This document shows positions 52,813-64,000 of a DNA stretch of 64,000 bases, one piece after another. A program made the translations under genes and the position numbers. The notes beneath the pieces are model-generated. The model worked only from the letters and a program-made list of their open reading frames with translations. It had not been told where the DNA came from and searched no databases. The stretch spans positions 1-64,000 of the forward strand of contig JAAOMT010000085.1 in assembly GCA_016748015.1 (NCBI GenBank). The letters are read 5' to 3'. Source of the stretch: Geosiphon pyriformis uo1. Its lineage: Eukaryota; Fungi; Glomeromycota. The first letter of the stretch is position 1, and the number at the start of each line of letters is the position of its first letter.

Positions 52813-54606
52813 ATGAAGAAGGTTGTTAAAGATTCTGGCTCTGGTGAAGGTTTTAAGTCTGTTTTGTCAAGAAAAAAGAAGAAGAATGTAGCTTTGGAAG
52901 AAGGTGTTGGTGGCAAAATTGTGCCTTTTAAGGTAATTAGTAATCATTCATGGAATTCTGAGACTGGTGACACCACTAAGTCTGAAAGCATTAATATAGA
53001 AAAAGAGTGTTTGATGAAGGAAACTAGCTTTGATTATGGTGAGAGTGGCACTATTGCTAATGGAGATCATGATCAGATGCCTAAGGAGCCAGGAATTAGG
53101 ACTAAGAAAGCATTGGGCAAGCTATTGAAGAAGATAAATTTCTCAAGTCATGGTAATGATAATGATATTTTCTTGAATGTCTCTTCGGATTCTCTTCCCC
53201 TCCTTGAAGAATTTGGTCAATGTTTTTGTTAGAAAATTGTTTGCTTTAAATATCAGCTTGAATAAGATGGCTGGAAATTCCTCTCAAGAAAAGCTAATGG
53301 TGGTTAAGAAACTATTTTCAAAAGTCAATAGTTTTGGAAGGGGGCCTCTACTCTCTCAAAATTCTCAAAGATTATTAAAGCATTATTTACTTCCAAATTA
53401 AGCTTGGCACAGGCTTTCAAAAAAGCTGAGGATGCAAAAATTTTGGTAAACACCAATCTCAAGAAATCTCCTGGATGTTCAGATTAGGCTGTAGTGGTGA
53501 AAAAAATCTCAATTGGGACATTAGCTGAGGCTGTGTGTGCTGTACTATCAGATTATAGAATAATTAAGACAATTAAGATACAGTTAGTCAGACTATGGCA
53601 GAAGAGTGTGGTGGAATTTGAGCAATCGGATTATGCTAATTTGGCCACAGTGAAATGGTCTATTCTAATCAGGAAAGATGTGGTACATGTCACTAAAATG
53701 GATGTAGATAAGGAATCATGGGAATCAGCATAGGATACTGCTCTATACACTACCAATAAGAATGAATACCCATAACATCTGAGATTTCATTGGCTTTGTG
53801 GGTGGGAAAACATGTGTTATTAATCATCATTCTGTTATATATGCTTGGGCCAGATGTGCTGTAGTCTGTTTCAAATCAACTGAATCATTGGATGCTATTA
53901 TGAATACTACCTCAGTTTTAAAGAGCGTAAATCTATGCTGGTTCTATCTGGATTCTTTTAAGTATGCAAAGAATGAGAAAATAGATCATATGTCATTGGG
54001 CTATTCTGTGGGTGGGGATTTTTTTTCTGGAAGATCTTCTTGTAAAGTGCTTTTAAACAAGGATAAAAGCAGACTGGCTACTATTTATGCCAAACATTCA
54101 GTTTCTGTTGCTTGTTCTGTTGTTTTTAGTGGAGTTTTTTGGGCTAAGATTGCTGGTGAATCTTTATTTCCTCCTCTATCTATACATAACAATTTGGTCA
54201 ATTCTGGCTCCTCTTCAGAGATAAAGCCTATACTACCTGTTACATCAGATGTTAAAAAAAGGTTTGCTGTTTTAGAAAACAGTCTTATCAGCTTTACAGA
54301 ACAAATTAGTGAGTTGGTTAAGAGATTGAACTCACTTGTGCCAGCAGTTTCCCAGCCTAGCCCTGGATGTCAGCCGCTGGTGACCCCCCATTACAGAATC
54401 AAGTGGGTAATGTAGTAATAGGAGAGAGTTCGGGTGGGACCACAGATGGTAAAACTGCTGTAAGCTTGGATTTTTCTGCCTTTCTTGAGGTGAAAAGACT
54501 AGAGAACATGCTAGAAGGACTTTCTGCTTCAGTTCTGAGTCTAACAGCGTGATTTGATGGTTTGATTTTGGCTGGTGGTGTATTTCCCAAACTTTCTTCT
54601 TAATGA
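52813..54606 (+). pseudogene. LINE B ORF1, disrupted
   Basis: ORF fragments from 52813 to 54552 are collinear with copy A ORF1. Confidence 0.85.
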
Positions 54607-57600
54607 CCAGTCTAGTTTGAAAAATTGTCACTTGCAACATTAGAGGAATGAACAATTCTGCCAAACAGGATGATGTTATTTGTTGGCACAAAGATATGAA
54701 CAATTTGATTTTGATTTTCATAAAAACAAAGTTAAAAGGCAAAGTTCATCTTTGGATTGCCAATAAGTTTGATGGTGTTCGTGTTTTTATCTCTGATCTG
54801 AATTCTGGTTACTTGGGTTCTGGTGTGGCAATTATTATGGACAATTCTCTGGTAAGATATATTTATAAGATTTCTGAGGTGTCTGAATGGCTCTTTTCTA
54901 TCAGATTACTTTTTAAAAACAAACTTTCTGTTTCGATTTTAAGGCTGTATGCTGGCACTTCTTTGGATGTTTGGTTTTCTTAAGCTGGCAATATCAATTT
55001 GTTGATTGCTAGAGCTGTGAATAAGTCCTTCTTCATTGTGCTAAGTGGTAATTTCAATGAGGATGGTTTATGTAAAAGTGCCAGTTTCAAGAAATGCTTA
55101 GATCTCAGTTTGGTTAATTTTTTGAGTAAAAGCTTGTTTGCTAAAATGTCAACATAAACTAATTCACATGGTGTTACTAAGACTATTGATTACATATTTA
55201 TTTCTTACAACTTGGTTAGTGCAGTAATTAATTATGGTGTAGCCAATGTTAGTAACTATTTTGACTCTGATCACAAAGCAGTTTCTGTGTGTGTGGGCTT
55301 GAGTGGACTTTTGAATATACATTTGAATTCCATTCACAAGCAAGTGAATAGAGATTGTTAGAAGTTTGATGTCAAAAATGCTAATAAAGCAAAATGGCTT
55401 GAGTTTAAAGATGCTATGGCTACTAATACTTCTATGTTTATGAACAAATTTGATGTAGCTATAAGGTTTTCAGATCTGAACACAATGTGGGATATTGTTT
55501 ACAAAATAATGATTCTTTTAGTCAATGAGACATTTAAGAAAAAATGGTTTAAAAGTTTTGGTGATGTTTTTACCAAGATGACTTCTAGGTTTTATAAACT
55601 GGAGCTGCTGGTTTTTAAGTAGGTTAAGACCTTGCATTTGGTTTTCAGTAATAATTTTGCTTTGTTGTTGGGGAAATAGAACATACTTGACTCTGTTAGT
55701 GCTTTAATGGTGAAAGCTCTTTTTTTTTCAGATTCTAATTTTGATACTATTTGTTCTGTACTGGCCAAAGTAAAAAAATTATACTGCTCTTCCAAACTGC
55801 TAGAGTTCAAGCATGCTGAGGAATCTTTCATCAAACAGGCCATCAATAAAAGGATAAAAAGTTTTGAGCTAGACAAGAATCATACAATCAGAAATGTATT
55901 AGAGCATCCTTTTTACAAAGTAACCTTGAATTATCTGGTTGTAAGAGATAAGTTGATTCTAGAGCCTAATTTGGTTAAGTCCAAGATGAATAATATTATG
56001 GAAGAATGGACCAGAAAACATAGAGTAATACCTAACATATTTGATAACTGGGCTTGTTAATATTTGTCTTTGGATCACGTTTTTAATGGCGCTTTTTCTA
56101 GTGTAATGTGTCTAATTGGTTTTGATGAAATGTTTACCATAGTCAGAAATCTGCCAGATGAGAAAGCTGCTGGCATTTCTGGTATTTCTAACAAATTATA
56201 GAAGCATTGTGACAAGTTGGTTTTAGATATGCTTTTGTTGCTCTTGAACTTTTACTTAATTGGTAAGTTAGTGTCTGGATCTTAAATAAATGCTTGGGTT
56301 TTGATAATTCTTAAATCATATGAATGGGAGGGTGTTCTTATGAATACCCATCCTATTGCTCTAATTGAGACAGTTTATAAGATCCTTTTCAAGGTACTTT
56401 TAAACAGAATCTCTTCAGCTTGTAGTACTTTTAATGTTCTTTATGGAGACAACTTTTCTGTTTTAAAAGGCATGACAACACAATCTTCTATCTTTACTAT
56501 TGGTTCTGTGATTGAGGATGCCTTGGAAAAGAATAGAGAACTTTGGCTGGTTTTGCAAAACATGCGCAAAGCTTACAATTCAGTTGGTTAGGAGCATCTC
56601 AGAGAAAGTTTGGTTAAAATCAAGATGTGTAATAGGTTTATTAGATTTTTTGGTAGCATTTACAATGGTCATATGAACAGGATTATGACTGACTTTGACT
56701 TAACTGATGGATATTGTGTTCATAACGGATTGGATCAAGGGAAAGTTTTCTTGTCTCTTCTTTGGTGTATATTCTATGATCTGCTTTTATGTGAAGTCAA
56801 AAGACAGGAGAATGTGTGTGATTATAGGTTGAACTCTTATTTCATTTTCAAAACTGGCCAAATAGAATCCCAGACTGGGTTGACGTTGTTTTTTACTGCT
56901 GGGGTTTTTGTCAATAATACAATATAGATTGATAATAGCCAGGCTGCTATGCAACACATTTTTAATATTGCAAGTGAATTTTACAGAATTAATAACATTT
57001 TCATCAACAATGACAAGATTATGGCCATTCTCTTTAACTGTAAAGTTTTAGACTCTTATTTAACTATCAATGGCTTGCCTATTTCTGTTGCAAAAAAAAG
57101 AGAACTTCATCACTATCTTGGTATTTTCTTATCTTCCGAAGGTTTGTCAAAGCCTAGCTTGGCTAAGATAAAGTCAGATGTTCAGTTTTTTGTCAATTTG
57201 GTTTTAAAAAAAGCAGTCTCAGATAAACAGTTTGTGTATTTGGTGTCTGTGGTCCTCTTTCTGATTGTTAGTTACCAAACTCAGTTTAGTTTCATCTCTG
57301 TTAGTGTGTACAATAAATGAAACACTTTGATTTGCAAGGGCTTGAAGTCTAAATCTGGTTTACCACTTGATTTCTCCAATGATGCTCTTTATTATCCTTT
57401 TTTATATGGTCTAAAAACTTTTGAACAAATTCAGGCTAAAAGTAAATCTGCCTCCATTGTGTCCTTTGTGAACTCTGTTGGGATTTTGGGTCAGTTGTTC
57501 TCTCACAGGTCTCATGACCTTCAGGTTCTGAGTTGGTATTTCTATTATTCTTTACAATTTCTAGTTTGTATTAGAGTCTGTTCTTCAGATAATTTTTTGG

Positions 57601-60277
57601 CAGATGTGATCCATATTTTTTCTAAATGTGATTTGTTTCTGGGCAGTCCTTTGGCTGGTGTTTTTTGTCTTTATAGTAGTACTTCTATGTATTTTGTTTT
57701 TGGTGAGCATTATTTCTTTAAATGTGTTTTTTTACTCAAGTGTTATAAGATCACTTTCATAGAGCAACTACATGACCGGAGTGGTGCTGTTTTTTGTTGA
57801 AAAACCATTAAAAAGTGAAAACAAATGGACTTATGTGGTCCAGTCCCTGTTTGGTTTAAGATTTCTGTTTGCTTTCTCAATGGTTTGGTGTTTTTTGTCA
57901 ATGGTCCTCCACTTTTAGATGGTTTGGCTTCTTCTGACATTCTTTGGTCTCATGCATTTAGTGTTGTTAGTGAGAATTTGTTGCATGCTAGCACTGCTTG
58001 TCTTTTTGTATACACAGATAGATTTCTAAGTGGCTTGGATACTTTTGGTATGAGAGCTGGTGCAGCTGTTTATTTTGAGGATGTGGATTTGGATATAGGT
58101 GTGAGGGTGTCTGGCTTGGTTTCTTCTATGATAGCAGAGTTGCAGGCAATTGCTTTGGCTCTCAAGTGCATTCTCTCTTTTTGTTTGGTTGATCTGTTTT
58201 TGGACAGTCAGGCAGCTTTAGATGCATACAAGTCTGAGTTTTTATTGATTAGTCTGGATTTCAGAAATCAGTGTTGGATAGAATATTGCCATGTGGTGAA
58301 TATTATTCATTGCAAGAATTTGGATGTTAAGTGAATTAAGGTTAAAGATTACTCTGGTGTCTTGGGTAATGAGCATGCTAATGTTTTTGTGGGGGCTGCT
58401 GTTTTCTCAGATTGGCATTTACCCCATAGGATCAATAACCACTTCCTGAGGACCAATGATGTTGTTGTTTCTAGTAATTCTAGACATTTTGTTCATGATG
58501 TTTTCCAGTCTGTTTACCATACACACTGGAAGGTTGGCTCTGGTTTTCAGATTGTGGTAGAGAGTCTTTGTAACTATATTGATTGGACAAGGTCATCTTT
58601 GGTGTGACATCCTGATGCTCATTTGACTGCTGGCTTTACTAGTGCATGGACTGCTGGTTTTTGCACATATTTTATAAAAGCTTTACATCACCAGCTTCCA
58701 GTTGCTGTGTATAAGTAGCCATATGATAAGCAATATCCTAGTGTAATATGTTTATTCTATGATAACATTGAAGTCTCAGACCATATCTTCTCTTGTCTGT
58801 TTGAGACTGCTAGTCATGCTCAGTTGATGGCTGTTATTACTGGAGGTTTTTGGTCTCTTTTCTGTAATGTTGTTGATACTTATTTGCTGTGAATTCACGT
58901 TTTCTGGATGTGGTTGAACCTCCAGTAACTGAATTTATCTTCAAATTATCTCCTATAATTTGAACTTGCTGGGCTTATAAGTGGAATGGCCAATTCCATG
59001 CCAGTTGCTTTATGTAGTTATGTTGTAGTAAACGTTAACTCTTTCCCAGGAATTGCTCATCTGAAAGCTCACTAAAAATGTGTAGTTACTTTGCTGTGAA
59101 AGTCAACTCTTCTACAGGAATTTCGTCTGTAGGCTACCGTAATGATTGTAATAAGAAAATAAAAGAAAAATAAAAGAAATGTAAAAGAAATAAGATTTTT
59201 ATCAAGGGAACGTTTTTCTATTCAGGCCTGGAGTTACTTAACAGTTTACTGAAATTGGTAGCTAATCAATTTCGAAATGTTAGTTGGGTTTTGGGAATTT
59301 TCCAAGTACAATAATTAAAGAATTTGGTTTTTCGAATTATTGGATATTTATTTCTTTTTGTGTGTATAGGAATGGTTCTAAGAGATAAATCTAAAGTAAG
59401 ACACATTTTCTTGAAGAGAGAAGCTCTTCTTTTATACAACTTGTCATAACACTATTCTATGAACTTGAACTTTGCTATTTTCTACAATTTTGCTGAACTA
59501 AAGATATATTTCGGCAAACTACAAGTTATTTCTGCGACCTATTAGATATTTCGGTGAACTATCAATTATTTCGGCAAATTTCTATAAATTTTGGCAAACT
59601 TTTGAATATTACATAGTTCGGGGTATTGCATGATTGATCATTGCAATTAGGTTACATTTGTGTTGTGTACAATTTGGGTTATTAATTAAATGATAATTTC
59701 GGACATTCTTTGCTAATGTAATAAGTGATAATTTGAAACGATAATATATGCTAATTAATGATAGGAATTATAAGATAGTTTCATGCTAAATGATATCTCT
59801 AATTTTGTCTGGTAACACTGTTTATGCTTCAGCTTGGGAAGTGTACTTTGGTTTGTTTCATTCTTTATCACATGTTTCTTAGTTTTTGTTTACTTGTGGC
59901 TCCAATTTGATGGTTGGAACAGCTTTGTGTAAGAGCTTTGTTTTCAATAAGTGGTATCATAAGTTTGTTTCTGTATTTAAAGATTTTAAGGTTGCAGGTC
60001 AGAATATTGTGGATTTTGTGCATATATTTTGTCTTGTGTTCCATGATGACATTTGGCTAGTTTATGTTAAGCACTGGGCTTTCATGAAAAAAATGGATTG
60101 ATCTTACATGATGGTTCTATTCCTATCCTAGTTGCTGGTCACTCTTTGGTTTTTTCAGCTGGTATGGTTAGGTTATTGGGTATTGCTAATGTGTTTGGTG
60201 TTAATTTTGGATTTCATAAATCCTGTTTGTTTTTTTCAGGTATTGGGGACAAAATTTCTGTTCATATAGGTGTTTAG
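54603..60277 (+). pseudogene. LINE B ORF2, disrupted by many stops and by a solo-LTR insertion
   Basis: Runs from ATG 54603 (MTSLV*KIVTCNIRGMN) to TAG 60275-60277. Confidence 0.9.
58835..59817 (-). mobile_element. Solo LTR (983 bp) nested in LINE B
   Basis: 4-bp TSD CTGT at 58831-58834 and 59818-59821. The ends tattactgga and tctggtaaca form a degraded TGTTACCGGA inverted repeat. Removing the insert restores the LINE reading QLMAVYASAWE. TATA-like tataaaag on the minus strand at ~59430; orientation is inferred from it. Confidence 0.85.
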
Positions 60278-61170
60278 TGTCATTCTGATTGGTCTAAATG
60301 ACTAGTCACATGTAGAGAATACATGATTTACACCTAATTTGAATCATTGTATGGTTTATAACTCTAGGCTGCATTTGGACTTCATTTATTAAATGTAATA
60401 AAAAAAAAAATTCTAAATTAATTTTTAAATAATAATATTAAAATTTATTATTATATATTATTTTTTAAATAAATTATTTATTTTTAATTTATTGTTTCTT
60501 AGTTTTATATAATAAAACTTTATTTTTAACATATTAATTTAAATTATATTAATTTTTAATATATTAAAAAATATATATTTTTTATTTTTTTTATTTTTAT
60601 AATTACATTAAAAACAATAAGTAAAATATTTACAACTTTTATATTAAATATTGTTTTTACCAAAAAAAATATTTTTTTAATATTTTTTAAAGCACTATTT
60701 TATTTTAAAAGTCTGGCTTTCTTTTTATAAAAAATAGATTATTTGTTTTAATTGGTTTTATTAATATTTATAATATTTTTATTGTAATTATACCAATTAT
60801 AATATTTATTTTAAATTTAATTGTAAACAATGTTTTTTTTATTTAAATAATAATATTAATAACATATTTATTAAAGTTAGGTTTGCTAAATATGTTAAAT
60901 TTTAGTTAATTTTTACAAATTTTAAAAACAAAACAAATTATATTTTTATATTATTTTAACTAATTAATTTAAGTTTTAAAAATTAAGCTAATTAAATAAA
61001 GATTAAATTATGTTTTTTAAAAAATTTGTTTTTAATAATAATTAAAATATTATTTTAAGTTATAAAAGTTTTTTGAATAAATAGTTTTATTTTAATGTTT
61101 AATCATATTATAAAAATTAAAGTGATTTATATTAAATCCATTTTTTAGTTTTTATATATATATATATATA

Positions 61171-63454
61171 TTTTTTATTATCATTTAACGAGTAAGACCC
61201 AAATACTACCTAAACTATGATACCACAGAAGGAATTACATTATAGGCGTAAATCATGCGTTTTTTACACGTAATTAGACACTCAGCCCAATCAAGAACTT
61301 ACTACGCTGAATCAAAAGTAGGTGAGAATAACTCCAACCCACAAATTCTCTTAATGATACCATTCAGATTCCTAGAGTCAAAAATAAACTCACTAAGAAA
61401 CAATTTAGTAAACTCAATATTCCTCTTGGTTTCAGCACCAAACATTCGGCACAAAGCAATAACATGCTTTATAGTGTCCTCACTTAAAAAGAAAGACTTA
61501 ACAGCCAATGTACCATCATAATCCATATTACTAAAGTCAACCTCAGATCTAAGACTAGCAATGTCCTTAGTAATTCCAACCATGAGGTTAGCAAAATTGT
61601 TAGCAGCACTCTTCATAGAAATGATATCTTTCTCAACTTGAACAGCTTTAACAGCATTATCATCAAGAAGACAAGACACTAAAGCAACCAAAAAACCAAC
61701 AGGCTTAACAATAGACTTAACCAGAGCAGCCAAATCCGAAATCTGCTTTTCCAAAGAGTCCAATCTAAAACCAACAGCAGAATTAGCAGCAGAAGCAGCC
61801 AAAAGAGCCATCAAAGAAAGAAACTCAAAAAGACCAGAAGGAGCAGCAGTTTTGGCATATGAAGCAGAATCCACAAAATAAAACTTGAAAACCTTGGGAA
61901 CCTTGAGAGTGGGAGACAGGGAAACCTTGCAATCCGCAGCCAGATGGCCTACTTCTTGACACTTAAAACAGCACCAGCAACCAGGAGTTTCTCACTAGAT
62001 ATGGCATTTCCTTAGAGTATCAGTCTTGACCACAGCAGAATCCAAATCATCTTGAAAGTCAAATATAACCAAAGCAAACCAGAAACAACAACCAGAATCA
62101 GGAGACTGAGGGATAAAGCATGTCCACCCACCAACTCGAGAAATCATATCACTAATTTCAAAAGCTGTGCAACCAGAAAGAAGATTGACCAACTTGGTCT
62201 TGAACCTATCACAAAACAGAATGATCTCATTCTGATTAATAATTGGAAGAATCTTAACACTATCTTTGCCCACCAGAATTGATCAATGATTGAGAGCAGC
62301 AGTAGCAGCATCCAATTTCTTAAAGTAAACAACCACATACTGCCAAACACCAGCAGGCTTCAGTATAACACGAGCAACTTCATCAAATACACCAAGAGCC
62401 ATCTTAATATTAGCAGCTGACACACCCAAAGATACATCACACAGCACAACAGTGACAAGAGAGGAACCAGATTCAGAAACCACCAAAGACTTGGCAATTT
62501 TGAGAATGGTCAAATAAACAGAGCTTGTAAGCTCAACCAGAAACACAGTTTCTAAAGACTGTTAAGAAGCAAACTTCACACAGAAAAGCTTCACATTGTC
62601 TTTTAAAACAGATTTAGCACCCAAAAAACCATGTACAGACTGAAAAACAGCCTTAACATGAGCCAATTTGATTTTAAAAGTAGCACCAGGCACCAGAGTG
62701 GAGGCCACCCACCCAGCAAATCTTTGACAACTAGTAATAATTTCCCAAGCACCACCAGAAATAGTACCAGAAACCAGAGGAAGAGATGATTCAGTCTTCA
62801 TTTAATCAGCCCAGTTCTCAAGAACAGGTGACCCAACAGAAGGAAATTGTTTTGCTTTCAAAACTGGTGATGATCTGTCAGAAGACACCACATTTGGCAA
62901 CACAGCCAGTGGTTGATCTTGGCCCATCTTGGATGACATGCCAGATGATGCTATGAAGATCTTATCTAAGATCTCATTGGGAACCACAAAGGAGTTCAGT
63001 GTAACAATAGCAAAGGCAAGCGACTGCTCCCATTTTTCTGAGCTTTTGGTCTTTTTGACCATTTTTTTTGAAAAAGTGGTGCTAAAAGCACCAAATGTTG
63101 AATCTATAGAAGAGAAAACCAGCTTATTTACTGGTCTGTTATTAAAAACTTTAGGGCTCTTAGTCAGGGTGAAGGCAACACTGGGACTAACCCAAGTGTG
63201 TCTCTTTGAGGAAACTTTGACTGGTGAGAAACCAGCCAAAGATGAGGAAGTTGCTTCAATGGCCACCAAAGACAGCTTATTACGATTATTGGGTAAAGGG
63301 AAGACTTCTAAAACATTTTGCCTAGTTGCTTTTATAACAGAGAGAGCTTCTCTAATTGAAATTTTATTAGATATCTTAGGACAGATATTCGGTGCAGCTT
63401 TTTTACTCTTCACTCTGGTTGTGATCATAAAATTAAGAAAACAAAGAGTTTTCC
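61171..63454 (-). mobile_element. ORF1-only non-autonomous retroelement (HAL1-like) sharing the LINE 3' tail
   Basis: A single ORF1-like frame is followed directly by a ~125 nt 3' UTR that aligns to LINE B 60278-60400, then a short poly(A). There is no APE or RT. Possible imperfect TSD aaaaaata(a/t)ata(a/t)atatat. Confidence 0.85.
61302..63428 (-). pseudogene. Gag/ORF1-like protein (~708 codons: low-complexity N-terminus, RRM-like regions, CCHC knuckle, coiled coil) with five nonsense codons and no frameshift
   Basis: ORFs 62802-63428, 62562-62801, 62283-62546, 61995-62273 and 61302-61874 are all in one frame. Intact CFKCQEVGHLAADC (CX2CX4HX4C). SILVGKDSV and VGGWTCFI match LINE ORF1 SILIRKDVV and VGGKTCVI. 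Confidence 0.88.
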
Positions 63455-64000
63455 AATATATTTATTTATTTTTTTTTTATATGGTTTTTTTAATTTGAAA
63501 TTAATTATAAAAAACAATATTAAATTTTTTGTATAAATTTGCTTTTTAAGTTTTTTTAAATGCTATTATTTAAATTAAGTTTTTTAATTTTTATTTTCTT
63601 ATCATTTAAAAAATTATAAAGTTTTTTATAATGTTTGTTTTTGTTATTATAATTTTATGTAATGTTTTTTTTAATAAAATCAAAAATATATTAATTATTT
63701 TTAATTAATTTCTAAGTATTAAGTTAAAATTTATTGTTTTGTGTTTTTTAATTAGTTTTAATAATTAAAAATAATAAAAATATATTTTTTATTAATTAAA
63801 AGAAAGTTATTGCTTTTTATAAAATATTTTAAACCAAATTAATTAATTTTTTTTGGTTATATAGTTTATAAAATTAATAATTTGGTTTTTCAAGTTAATA
63901 ATTAAATATTTTATTTTTTAGTTTTTAATATCAATTATTATTTTTAAGTCTAAAAAGCTTTTTTAAACTTTTAAATATTATTAATATTATTAATATTAAA

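Larger units (their letters stand above)
52677..60410 (+). mobile_element. Full-length decayed L1-like LINE (copy B): ORF1, then ORF2 (APE-RT-RNase H-Zn knuckle), 3' UTR and poly(A)
   Basis: APE (TCNIRGMN, LSGNFNE, TIDYIF, DSDHKAV); RT (QNMRKAYNSV, GLDQG, FVNNT from FVDD, YLGI); RNase H (VYTD, AELQAIALAL, DSQAAL, GNEHAN); C-terminal ...EVSDHIFSC. Poly(A) at 60400-60410. Candidate TSD aattctaaa at 52668-52676 and 60409-60417. Confidence 0.95.

Noticed and set aside
62929-63498. 189-aa plus-strand ORF (also 2380, 2634, 3673, 54332, 55592, 61255)
   Set aside because: Antisense shadows of retroelement ORFs.
1-64000. tRNA, rRNA or other structured ncRNA genes
   Set aside because: None recognisable by eye. 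tRNAscan-SE or Infernal would be needed to exclude them.

Overview
AT-rich, intron-rich eukaryotic DNA. It is most likely a Mucoromycota/Glomeromycotina fungus; the CpG-eroded RNase H LINEs and the lipase-3 expansion recall Geosiphon-type genomes, but that is inference only. Host genes: an Aa_trans/AVT-type amino-acid transporter set divergently to an XIP-like aquaporin, a disordered S/P/R-rich protein, a secreted protein with a 7-aa repeat array, a decayed WW-domain gene, and a PPxY/MIU-like protein. Mobile DNA: two decayed copies of one L1-like LINE family (copy B is full length, with a TSD and a solo LTR inserted in it). Two systems stand out. (1) A ~15 kb cluster (22.5-37.5 kb) of six class-3-lipase-like loci, four apparently intact and two pseudogenes. 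None has the catalytic serine (GHGVGG, GHIIGG, GHCLGG, GHGIGG, GHGVGG, GHGVCG), which points to a diversifying family of secreted pseudo-lipases. (2) A 2.3 kb ORF1-only retroelement (HAL1-like) with a distantly related ORF1 but the same 3' stem-loop tail as the autonomous LINE next to it. There is also pervasive C>T/G>A erosion and near-pure A/T halos around the elements. Exon boundaries were read by eye and are approximate.
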